Sequence record: SRR22947727_793
Length of the DNA stretch: 64,000 bases
Reading direction: 5' to 3' (one strand)
Part shown: in pieces, positions 1 through 8,377 of the stretch
Layout of the letters: every line of letters starts with the position of its first letter
How positions within the stretch are numbered: position 1 is the first letter of the stretch
Translations under genes and position numbers: made by a program
The notes under the pieces: model-generated
What the model was told of the DNA's origin: nothing
Seen by the model: only the letters and a program-made list of their open reading frames with translations
Databases searched by the model: none

Positions 1-330
1 TGCGTCCACACCGGTTAAATCATCGGCATCTGCAAAATTAAAAAAAGCCAGACTTACGTTTTCGTCTCGGGCGTTCTTGTCAACATTGGGACTAATTGGA
101 TTGATTGTCGTGTAAACATTATACTTTTGGTCATTCTTAGCTTTGGCAAATTCAACAGCATCTGGGATTTTTTTGTACGAAAATTTTTGACTTAATGGTT
201 TTTTATTTTCGCCAAGGCACCTGACTTCTAAGAAGCAATTTTCAGCCTCTTGGCTACGCCATTGCTGAGTTATCAAATCAAAAAACTTTTTGATGTCTTC
301 TTGGTTTGGAAATAAAATTTTTTCAGACAT
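1..330 (-). CDS. RepB-like DNA primase domain protein, N-terminal part (runs off the window; not in the ORF track)
   Basis: Manual translation from ATG at 330 is open to position 1: MSEKILFPNQEDIKKFFDL...KYNVYTTINPI...ARDENVSLAFFNFADADD; the NVY..INP and D-x-D motifs resemble RepB-type primases. Confidence 0.6.
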   Translation of the reverse strand, partial: MSEKILFPNQEDIKKFFDLITQQWRSQEAENCFLEVRCLGENKKPLSQKFSYKKIPDAVEFAKAKNDQKYNVYTTINPISPNVDKNARDENVSLAFFNFADADDLTGVDA

Positions 331-428
331 ATACCCGCCTCAAGTTGAGACGCCTGAGCCAAAATGCTATAAAAGTAATCACCAAATTACGAACCCAGAT
401 AGCCCAAGGCTTGCGCGCCATGGGTTTT

Positions 429-770
429 CTATTTTTGGTACTGGCTAATTATACTTGGCAACGCATCTAAAGTAGCGCGCGCTCTATCATCAGAGAGCAG
501 CGCTAACTTTGCACAGGCTTCGATTAAGCTGTTTTGGGTTGTATGGTAGCTATGGCCGCGCCAGATGCCCTTGTGCAAGGGTTCTGCTGTTCGCTTCTGC
601 AAGATCCATTGAATACCATTTCTGCAAGTAACAACCCTCCAACGTGGTGCCAGAACAGTAATCACTCGACTATAGAAATCAGAGATCTCTCTCCGTGTCT
701 CATTTCCTAGCCCAGGTACGCTATATTTAACCCCCCGGGGAGGGGGGGGTAATTGAGGAAGCTCAAGCAT
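429..770 (-). CDS. Small hypothetical protein of the integrated element
   Basis: ATG at 770 overlaps the alpA 3' end; WRVVTCRNGIQWILQKR...WRGHSY motif; lies between alpA and the primase. Confidence 0.6.
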   Translation of the reverse strand: MLELPQLPPPPRGVKYSVPGLGNETRREISDFYSRVITVLAPRWRVVTCRNGIQWILQKRTAEPLHKGIWRGHSYHTTQNSLIEACAKLALLSDDRARATLDALPSIISQYQK

Positions 771-945
771 TTTGATCCTCCTGCATAGCAATTAGATACT
801 GGTCGAGAGCGCTATCTTCCCAATAGAGACGACGGCCTAATTTTAATGGCTTTGGAAGCCGACCCTTTTCGAGGTCAACATAAATAGCTGACCTGGATCT
901 GCCACCAAGCTTCTCTTGCAACTGTTCAAATGAGACATATTTCAT
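763..945 (-). CDS. alpA: AlpA-family excisionase/transcriptional regulator
   Basis: 60 aa with SRSAIY...GRLPKPLKLGRRLYW; RBS AAAGGAG upstream; next to the integrase. Confidence 0.85.
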   Translation of the reverse strand: MKYVSFEQLQEKLGGRSRSAIYVDLEKGRLPKPLKLGRRLYWEDSALDQYLIAMQEDQNA

Positions 946-1068
946 GTACTGAACTCCTTTCTAGGTAGTCCAGATGTACACACCTGAGCTCTGCAGTTCT
1001 CCACTTGGCGTTAATTTTTTTAAAAAGAATATTTTATACTGAGATAAATATATAAAATATTGATAATA

Positions 1069-2265
1069 TTATACTTTATAAGCCCTTTCGATTATCGTTA
1101 GATTACCTCTTCCAGTAATATGATCTGCCCATCTTTGCATTAAAACAGCTCTTTGTTCTAAAAAGTCAGTCCGCCGGTATGCTCTGACAACTTTGCTTCC
1201 GGGGCTATGAGCAAGGACAGTTTCTGCCACCTCTTCCGGGGCATCTGTACAATCGGCCAGCCAGGTTCTCAGGCTTGACCTAAAACCATGTGGGCGCTCT
1301 TTCATGCCCCTACGCTCCATCATACGAGACATTGTAGCATCGCTAATTACACCCTTTCTAATTCCTGGGAAAAGATACCCCTCGGTTGCAAATGGCAAAG
1401 CAAGCTGAATTACATTGTTAGCTTGATTTGAAAGTGGCACTCGAAAGTCAGACAGCTTGTCATTCGTTGCTTTCATATTCCGGCCAGGTATGGTCCAAAT
1501 CTGATCCGATATTTGGTCAATATTGATGTGCCGCAAGGAATAACTCCTTGCCCCAGTAAGAATAAGTAGACGTAAAGCTAAATTAGTTAGGTTTTCTTCG
1601 GATATACTAGAGTAGAAATCTGGTACATCCTTCCAGTGGAGCGCGGGTGTGTTTTGCGGTTGATGTCGGCTTTTACCTAAGAGTGCTTTTGCTTTGGCAA
1701 CTGCATTTAAGTCCACATTAAAACCTATAGCCGCGCCATATTGTAAAACTATGCCTAGCCTATTTATAGCTTTGCGCGCCGTTTCTGCTTTCGTATGCCA
1801 AATGACACCTAAAGTGTCTGCAATATCTCTCTGATCAATCTGATCTATAGGTAGCTTACCTAATTTGGGCAAAACATGATGCTCTAATGGAGAGAACCAA
1901 CGACCAGCTTTACCATCATCCTTCAACTCCGCCTTTCGAGCCGCAAACGCGGCAAGAGCAACATTTTCAAATATACTATCAGTTTTTGCAGCTTCTCTGC
2001 GTTCTTTGTTCCGTAGCTTTATTGGGTCGTCGCCAAGCTTAGTATGCTTGCGCCAGCGCGCAGCCAGATCACGCGCATCTTTAAGCCCGACCCCGGGATA
2101 ACCTCCGAGGCCCATTTCCCGCCGCCGCCCATTCACAACTACTCGCAGGATCCATTGAGAACCGCCATCCTTGCGTTTATGCAACCAGAGGCCGGACCCA
2201 TCATTATATTTTCCTGGTGACGCGAACTTAATAAAGGCTGCCGATAAGCGATGTAGAGCTGTCAA
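1069..2265 (-). CDS. P4-type tyrosine recombinase/integrase
   Basis: N-terminal arm-binding domain (DGSGLWL...RRREMGLGGYP); catalytic set TGAR, K, HGFR, LAH, RAY intact. Confidence 0.95.
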   Translation of the reverse strand: MTALHRLSAAFIKFASPGKYNDGSGLWLHKRKDGGSQWILRVVVNGRRREMGLGGYPGVGLKDARDLAARWRKHTKLGDDPIKLRNKERREAAKTDSIFENVALAAFAARKAELKDDGKAGRWFSPLEHHVLPKLGKLPIDQIDQRDIADTLGVIWHTKAETARKAINRLGIVLQYGAAIGFNVDLNAVAKAKALLGKSRHQPQNTPALHWKDVPDFYSSISEENLTNLALRLLILTGARSYSLRHINIDQISDQIWTIPGRNMKATNDKLSDFRVPLSNQANNVIQLALPFATEGYLFPGIRKGVISDATMSRMMERRGMKERPHGFRSSLRTWLADCTDAPEEVAETVLAHSPGSKVVRAYRRTDFLEQRAVLMQRWADHITGRGNLTIIERAYKV

Positions 2266-2269
2266 AATA

Positions 2270-2293
2270 TATCCACCCTTTTATCCACCTTTT
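2270..2293. repeat. Tandem 12-bp repeats, probable integrase arm-binding sites
   Basis: TATCCACCCTTT then TATCCACCTTTT, between the integrase start and the att core. Confidence 0.55.
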
Positions 2294-2403
2294 TATACTG
2301 GATATAGCAAGATATTAAAAGGTATGGTAGGATAGTTTAGTCGATAAAATACTAATTTTCATTGATAAAAAACATATCTCAGTATCTTAAAGGACTTTTG
2401 TTC

Positions 2404-2423
2404 GGTGCCTATCACCGGCACCA
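2404..2423 (+). other. Putative att site (duplicated tRNA 3' end)
   Basis: GGTGCC-TATCACC-GGCACC-A: 6-bp inverted repeat around a 7-bp spacer, ending in tRNA-like CACCGGC-A-CCA. Confidence 0.65.
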
Positions 2424-2481
2424 TTTCTCAACCAAAAATGCGGATATCGTTATGTTTTAAATAATGGGTGCCGGATCGTAG

Positions 2482-2900
2482 TTGATGTCATTGTTGTTGA
2501 ATACGCCTTCTACCTATCGCAAAAATGGTATTTATTATTTGCAGCGCTATGCCCCTGAAGATGTCCGCCAGCATTATAAAACCAACCGGATTTCCTTTTC
2601 GCTTGGAACACAATCCGCACGTGAGGCCATTGCTCTGGCTCGGACTGCTAGTACAAAGCTTGAAACCTAACGGCATTCTCTTAGGCTCGCTTTCGCAGAA
2701 ATGCACGCTCAGCACTTAATGTCTTTTAGAGGTAAGAATAGCGGTAAACACCCCGCAATAGCGGAGCCCGTAGATTTGAGCCTGACTGAAATTTGTGAGA
2801 TGAACCTGCGCCTCAAAGGGGTCAAACAAGACCAAGACATTCCACAATGTTGTATAGCGGCCGTCAGGCTATGCCGTGAGAGTAACCACGAATAAACCTT
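2482..2900 (+). pseudogene. Degraded integrase N-terminus (DUF6538-like)
   Basis: YRKNGIYYLQRYAPEDVRQHYKTNRISFSLGT, then a stop; later frameshifted pieces LRLKGV and NKTKTFHNVV*; no catalytic domain seen; end approximate. Confidence 0.65.
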
Positions 2901-3132
2901 AAGGCACTCTTTTGCAAAGATGCAGCAACTGTGAACCACAGCCTTAGCGTTACAAAGATACATCTTGCAGGGCAGACGCTCGAAGATCATCGTATGGCTC
3001 GCGGCAAAAACTAACTTTAAGCAACTGCGAGCCTGATCTGCGGATGGACTTTCGAGCAGGTCAAGATCGCTCATGACAGCTAGTAAAGGCATTATATTTT
3101 ACCAAGGCGCTCCTACAGGCTGCATTGATGGC

Positions 3133-4896
3133 TTAACTGACTGATACCATGTCTTCGATAGACAGAAGCGTTTTTGCAAGCGCTGAAGAAATCTCATCAT
3201 TCTGATACAACTGGGTCGCCACAAACTTATCAATTTCCATGCCGCTATCCGTTTTCGCCAATTCAAGTTTATCCTGAGCCAATTCATCATTGTTTAAATG
3301 GCTGTAACAAGCGGCTGCGTAAAACAGGCTGGTTCTGGTTTCAATTTGCATATGTTTAAAAGATTCCAACGCTCCTGAATAATCCTGCAGCAAATAATTG
3401 CAGACGCCCTGCGTCTCGAACATCAAATCAGATCCGAACGGATTAATGCGGAGTGCCTTATTGATCTGCTCCATAGCCTCTTTAGGTTGGCCCAGATAGG
3501 ATAGGAGAACAGAGTAACGCGCCAAATGAAAAGTATCACTTGGGCAAATTTCGATGGCTTTTTTATGATGAAAAATAGCCTTTTCCATATCGCCTTCAAA
3601 CATCAGTTTAATGGCGCCTAAAATCCGATGCGCTTCGGGGTCGTCCGGATCGATTTCCATCGCCCGGTTCACCGATGCAAACGCATCTTCCATCCAATTT
3701 GGCGGCATGTCATCGGGAAACCACTCGGAATTATTTGCGAGCGAGCATGTTTTCCATGCATATGCCCGCGCATAATTTGGATCAACCTCGGTGGCTTGGG
3801 TGAATAAGCTTAGCGCCTTTTTATTATTTTCAGCCGAAATCGAACTTTTGCGATGAAACTCTAAACCCTGCAAAACCAAATCATACGCTTCCATGACATC
3901 TGGCTTTTTATTCGCAAGCTTTTTGACCTGATCGCTTTCTACTTTCCCAACCAGCTTAGCAACAATGGTTGCGACGATCTCATCTTGTACATCAAAAATA
4001 TCGTCCAGCGTGGTATCAAAATTCTGGCTCCAAAGCCCCGTTTCATCCTCTGCAGACAGCAACGAAACGCTGATCCGCATTTTTTGCCCCATCTTTCTGA
4101 CCTTGCCTTCCACCAAATAACGCACGCCCAACTCGGTGCCAATTTCCGTCAGAGATTTATCTTTAACCGAGTAAGAAAAACTGGCATTGCTGGCGATGAC
4201 AAGCAGGCTTTTATAGCGGGACAAAGCCGAAATTAAATCTTCGCTAAACCCTTCGCAAAAATAGCCCTGCTCTTCATCATTGCTAAGATTTTTAAACAAC
4301 ATCACCGCCACAGAGCCCGCTCCAGCCTGCGAAACGGCAACTTTGGGCTCTGAATCTGCACTCAGCAACCCGCGCGTTGCGCCTTTGCATTTCAGAACGT
4401 TATAAGCGCGCACGGGCCGAGTGATATTTTTTAAAGTCAACTCACCGGCATCTTCATATGAAACTTTGACCTTCATTTGCACAAGTTCAAAAATGCTCTC
4501 TGAAATGCATAAACCATCCGCAATCGCCTGCGCTTCTAGCCGCGCCGCCACGTTGACGGCATCTCCAAACAAATCGCCATCTGATATAAGAACTTCGCCC
4601 ATATTCAGGCCTATCCGAAAGCTCATTTTATCTGCATCATCTGACTGACCATTAAGCGACACGGATTTATTCTGGATTTGAACGCCGCACTCTACCGCAT
4701 CAACCGGGCTTGGAAATTCTGCGAGCACGCTGTCGCCCGCTGTATTAAAAATGCGGCCGCCTTTTTGTTCAATTAAGCCGTCAATTATTTTACGTCGGGC
4801 TTGCAAGTTCATCAATGTGCGATCTTCGTCGAGCGACATCATTTTACTAAATCCAACAACATCCAATGCGAGTAAAGTTGTAAATTTGCGTTTCAT
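3133..4896 (-). CDS. Class III nucleotide cyclase with TolB-like middle domain and TPR repeats
   Basis: ALDVVGFS, TAGDSV, FRIGLNMG, GDAVNVAARLE; SVAVMLFKNLS...GFSEDLISALS; C-terminal TPRs; start moved to ATG 4896. Confidence 0.88.
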   Translation of the reverse strand: MKRKFTTLLALDVVGFSKMMSLDEDRTLMNLQARRKIIDGLIEQKGGRIFNTAGDSVLAEFPSPVDAVECGVQIQNKSVSLNGQSDDADKMSFRIGLNMGEVLISDGDLFGDAVNVAARLEAQAIADGLCISESIFELVQMKVKVSYEDAGELTLKNITRPVRAYNVLKCKGATRGLLSADSEPKVAVSQAGAGSVAVMLFKNLSNDEEQGYFCEGFSEDLISALSRYKSLLVIASNASFSYSVKDKSLTEIGTELGVRYLVEGKVRKMGQKMRISVSLLSAEDETGLWSQNFDTTLDDIFDVQDEIVATIVAKLVGKVESDQVKKLANKKPDVMEAYDLVLQGLEFHRKSSISAENNKKALSLFTQATEVDPNYARAYAWKTCSLANNSEWFPDDMPPNWMEDAFASVNRAMEIDPDDPEAHRILGAIKLMFEGDMEKAIFHHKKAIEICPSDTFHLARYSVLLSYLGQPKEAMEQINKALRINPFGSDLMFETQGVCNYLLQDYSGALESFKHMQIETRTSLFYAAACYSHLNNDELAQDKLELAKTDSGMEIDKFVATQLYQNDEISSALAKTLLSIEDMVSVS

Positions 4897-5291
4897 AGTA
4901 GCACTCCCGTTTTCCGCCGACCCTATTGAGCGGTATGATTTACCTAAAAGCAAGGCTGTTTAGGCGAACACGTTTTGAATTACCTTGCGTCACAGCCCGC
5001 GTAATTTCCCTGCTCTGTATTCAATCAACATATTTAAATGACATTTTTAAATTGAGGCACATGCCCCAAGAAGCCACGCGTAGTGCCTTGAAAGATCAGC
5101 ATAGAGCGTCAAGCACCCGATACGGCCCACTCATTGCCTTACCTTCGATTGCACGAGTCTTTTATTTTTCAGGTGATTAAATCAATATCGCCGCGAAATA
5201 TTTTTAAGCTGGAAGCCATGCCATGCTGGTTAAGCAGCACAAAATATCAAGAGCGGAACGCCGCGTTATCGAATTTCATCGCGCTAGCTTG

Positions 5292-5324
5292 GGCTTTGGC
5301 TTTGGCTTTGGCTTTGGCTTTGGC
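5292..5324. repeat. Hexanucleotide simple sequence repeat (GGCTTT)5.5
   Basis: Read directly from the sequence; intergenic. Confidence 0.9.
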
Positions 5325-5543
5325 CGATTACAGAGTCACACCCCCGATTAAAACCCCAAAGAGGCAGAATACGGCGATTGCAACCCACCGCCGTCGGCGC
5401 AACGCGCGCGAGTGTTACGCAACCGCAAAGCAGGTTTTGCGAAATCATGCTTGAAAAGGGGGGGGGCAGAAAAGCCGCGGCGAAATAGCCTAATTTGGGC
5501 TTTTTTCGAAAAAGTCCGGCCACAAGAACGATAGATACTGTTG

Positions 5544-5573
5544 AAAAACCTGGCCCGCCACGGGGGCGGGCCA
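5544..5573 (-). terminator. Intrinsic terminator after suyB
   Basis: TGGCCCGCC/GGCGGGCCA stem followed by a T-run on the minus strand. Confidence 0.65.
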
Positions 5574-5585
5574 AAGTCTAGTTTC

Positions 5586-6764
5586 TTAAGCGCTGCGATA
5601 CAATTTGGTCATCGAGAATTCACGATGTCCAAGCGCCTCTGCTGCCGTATTGCGCCCATTGGCGGTGCGGCGGATCATTTCGATCAGCGCATCACCCGCT
5701 TGATCAATCGTCATATCGCGGCGCAAAATACCCGATACATCCACATCCACATGCTCGCTCATCGTACGAATTGTGCGCGGGTTGGCGGTAATTTTGATCA
5801 CTGGAACAATCGGGTTCCCGATCACATTGCCCTGACCCGTTGGGAATGTATGCAACACATAGCCACCGGCGGCCATCAAGGTCACGCATTCAGCCGCGGC
5901 TGAAGAGCTGTCCATGAAATAGAGACCCTTGCCAGCTTTTGGCGCTTCGGCGGGTTCCAAAATATCAATGAATTTTGAAGTCCGGCCGATTTTCTCTAGA
6001 TTGCCCAGCGCTTTTTCTTCGATGGTGGTTAAGCCGCCCTCAATATTGCCTTTGGTCGGCTGGCTGTCTGAAAGATCATCGGTTTGATGCGCAAAAATCA
6101 CATCATCCTGATAGGCTTTCCACATTTTATACCAACGTTCGCCAACCTCTTCATTCACGGCGCGTTTTTGGCAAATATGTTCGGCACCAGTGATTTCTGA
6201 CGTTTCGCCAAAGCACCCGTAAATGCCTTCTGGCAACAATTTATCGTACATATTCCCAACGGTTGGGCATGATCCCAAACCAGTGGTGGTGTCAGATTCG
6301 CCGCATTTGGTTGAAATCCACAGATCCGCAATCGAGCATTCTTCACGCTGCAATTCAGAAGCGAAATGCACCATGTCTTTCGCGGCGCGCGAGGCATCCA
6401 TGATGGTTTTCAAATCGCCATTTTGCTCGATTGAGAATCCGACAACCGGTTTGCCAGTTGCAGCAATGCCATCCACAACGCGCTTGGTCCAACCCGGCTC
6501 AATACCGATAACAACAACAGCGGCCACATTCGGGTTGGCGCCCGTGCCGATGATAGTGCGGAAATGCAATTCAAGATCTTCGCCAAATTGCAACCGGCCA
6601 TAGGCATGTGGAATGGCCAAAGTGCCTTTGATGTTATTCGCAACGGCTTCACATGCCGCATTTGAAATATCATCCAGTGGCAAAATCAACACGTGGTTTC
6701 GCACGCCAACACGCCCGTTTTCGCGGCGATACCCTTGGATGGAGATGTTTGAAAGTTCGCTCAT
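5586..6764 (-). CDS. suyB: UxaA-family lyase, probable sulfolactate sulfo-lyase large subunit
   Basis: [36 protein letters not shown]; split alpha/beta arrangement and sulfonate gene context. Confidence 0.8.
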   Translation of the reverse strand: MSELSNISIQGYRRENGRVGVRNHVLILPLDDISNAACEAVANNIKGTLAIPHAYGRLQFGEDLELHFRTIIGTGANPNVAAVVVIGIEPGWTKRVVDGIAATGKPVVGFSIEQNGDLKTIMDASRAAKDMVHFASELQREECSIADLWISTKCGESDTTTGLGSCPTVGNMYDKLLPEGIYGCFGETSEITGAEHICQKRAVNEEVGERWYKMWKAYQDDVIFAHQTDDLSDSQPTKGNIEGGLTTIEEKALGNLEKIGRTSKFIDILEPAEAPKAGKGLYFMDSSSAAAECVTLMAAGGYVLHTFPTGQGNVIGNPIVPVIKITANPRTIRTMSEHVDVDVSGILRRDMTIDQAGDALIEMIRRTANGRNTAAEALGHREFSMTKLYRSA

Positions 6765-6776
6765 GATAGGGGCTCC

Positions 6777-7067
6777 TTACCAGCGTTTCGTTTTACAATT
6801 ATGCGTATGCAGATGATGGCCTTTTTTAACATCATCGGTCATCACGCCGATATCTTCGCCATATTTGAAGACAGTATCGCCTTTGGTCATATCTTGCAGT
6901 GCAATTTTATGGCCAATCGGGGCCGCTTGCTCTGAGGCCAACCGAAAGGTTGAGTTGTCATGCGTAACACAGACCAACATATCGGTGCCGGCTTCCAAAC
7001 CTTCAACAACAACGACCCCGACGCTATCGCCTTGCTCGTGAACCAAAAGATGGGGGATTTCTGACAT
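6777..7067 (-). CDS. suyA: SAF-domain protein, probable sulfolactate sulfo-lyase small subunit
   Basis: PIGHKIAL...VFKYGEDIG...HLHTHNCKTKRW; immediately upstream of suyB. Confidence 0.8.
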   Translation of the reverse strand: MSEIPHLLVHEQGDSVGVVVVEGLEAGTDMLVCVTHDNSTFRLASEQAAPIGHKIALQDMTKGDTVFKYGEDIGVMTDDVKKGHHLHTHNCKTKRW

Positions 7068-7082
7068 TGTGGTTTCCTTTTA

Positions 7083-8072
7083 TCAGGGTTTCAAAACTAT
7101 TTTCGGGGCCTTTATGGCACCTTTGCGGATATCGTGAAAAGCTTGTTCACCCGCAGAAAGCGCGCAGGTTTCAAACCAATCTAACGGGCCCAACTGGCCT
7201 GCAAACATGGCTGCAGCAGTGGCTCTGAAATCCGCCGCCGTATAGGTATATGTTCCGATGAATGAGAGCTCTTGCAAGGTGGCGCGCCGGATATCCAAGC
7301 CACCTTCGCTGGATCCAAGCCCGATATGCATAATCACCCCGCCAGGACGTACCACTTGCGAAGCGCTCGCGCGGGTTTGGGTAAAGCCGACACCGTCAAT
7401 CACCAGCTCAAACGGCTCTGTTTCTGCCAATCCGTCAGGGTGCAGCACGGTGACCGGCAGCATCTCGGCCAAATACGTGCGACGCAGGTCATTGGGTTCC
7501 ACCAGAGTAACATTTGAAATGCCTTGCGCTTGCAAACACAGCGCAGACCCTACGCCAATTGCACCGCCCCCAAGCACAAGCGCGCGAGCCTGCTCTGGCG
7601 CCGTATGCAAGGCTTTACGGGCCAATCGAACGGCGTGCCAGCCACAGGCGATTGGCTCGGCAAGGCTGGCCGCCAACAGCGAAAACCCATCCGGCACGGT
7701 GACCAAATTTTCCAACGGCATTGAAATATACTCAGCAAACCCGCCCTGCCGCGGTGGCATGGAAATGATCTGGCGATCCGGACACAGATTATCGCGGCCC
7801 TCTAGGCAGGCGCGGCACGTCCCACAAGAGACCAACGGGTTCACCGTGACGCGGCGCCCTTCCTCGGGCCCTTGGGCGATCGTACCAGCCACTTCATGCC
7901 CCAAAATGAGCGGCGCCGGGCGCCGTTCATCATGGCCCAAAAACGCATGCATATCCGAGCCACAAATACCAACGCTTGCAACTTTAATCAAAACCTCTCC
8001 GCGTTCGGGCTGCGGATCCGGCATATCCTGGAAAGACAAAACCTCTGGGCCCATATAGACAAGTGCCTTCAT
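7083..8072 (-). CDS. Zn-dependent alcohol dehydrogenase, HpsP-like (DHPS 2-dehydrogenase candidate)
   Basis: GICGSDMH, GHE, CGTCRAC..C, GGGAIG; RBS GGGAGG before ATG 8072; between a LacI regulator and suyAB. Confidence 0.75.
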   Translation of the reverse strand: MKALVYMGPEVLSFQDMPDPQPERGEVLIKVASVGICGSDMHAFLGHDERRPAPLILGHEVAGTIAQGPEEGRRVTVNPLVSCGTCRACLEGRDNLCPDRQIISMPPRQGGFAEYISMPLENLVTVPDGFSLLAASLAEPIACGWHAVRLARKALHTAPEQARALVLGGGAIGVGSALCLQAQGISNVTLVEPNDLRRTYLAEMLPVTVLHPDGLAETEPFELVIDGVGFTQTRASASQVVRPGGVIMHIGLGSSEGGLDIRRATLQELSFIGTYTYTAADFRATAAAMFAGQLGPLDWFETCALSAGEQAFHDIRKGAIKAPKIVLKP

Positions 8073-8228
8073 AATGTAATCCTCCCATTGGCCGCGTTGT
8101 TGCACGCTTTTGCCATTTAGCGCCGCGACTTATCCGCTGGCTTAAACTTTTCAGATCTAAGCCTTTCATTGACGAAGAGCGCAATAAAGCGCAGCGGCAA
8201 CGACTCACTCAATCTTGATTTGCTCCGT

Positions 8229-8244
8229 ATGTAAGCGCTTACAT
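8229..8244. promoter_or_regulatory. LacI-family operator
   Basis: Perfect 16-bp palindrome ATGTAAGCGCTTACAT in the divergent promoter region. Confidence 0.8.
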
Positions 8245-8377
8245 TTTGGTTTACAATCCTTAATTTGGAATTTATCACGGAAATAAGAAAATTCGTTAAG
8301 ATGAGACAAATCCGTCAACAAGGCGCGTTTCGATGAGCCTGTTCAACAAAATGCCCAACGCTTAGAAAGACAGGCTT

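Larger units (their letters stand above)
1..2423. mobile_element. Right arm of an integrated phage-satellite/IME-like element (primase, hypothetical, alpA, P4-type integrase, att); extends left of the window
   Basis: Co-oriented primase-like, AlpA and tyrosine integrase genes; visibly AT-richer than the flanking chromosome; ends at a tRNA-3'-like sequence CACCGGCACCA (2413-2423). Confidence 0.8.

Noticed and set aside
731..749. C6/G-rich run as a phase-variable tract or G-quadruplex
   Set aside because: It encodes a Pro-rich stretch in an open frame; nothing else supports a function
2340..2423. Complete tRNA gene ending in ACCA
   Set aside because: Only the 3' end is tRNA-like; no GCCGGTG 5' strand, D-arm or anticodon arm upstream
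5134..5574. ORFs containing LALALA or SQSQSQ repeats
   Set aside because: These are translations of the GGCTTT microsatellite; no RBS or family features
7258..8058. 266-aa plus-strand ORF
   Set aside because: Antisense shadow of the Zn-dehydrogenase with no recognisable motifs; the same applies to most short overlapping ORFs in the track
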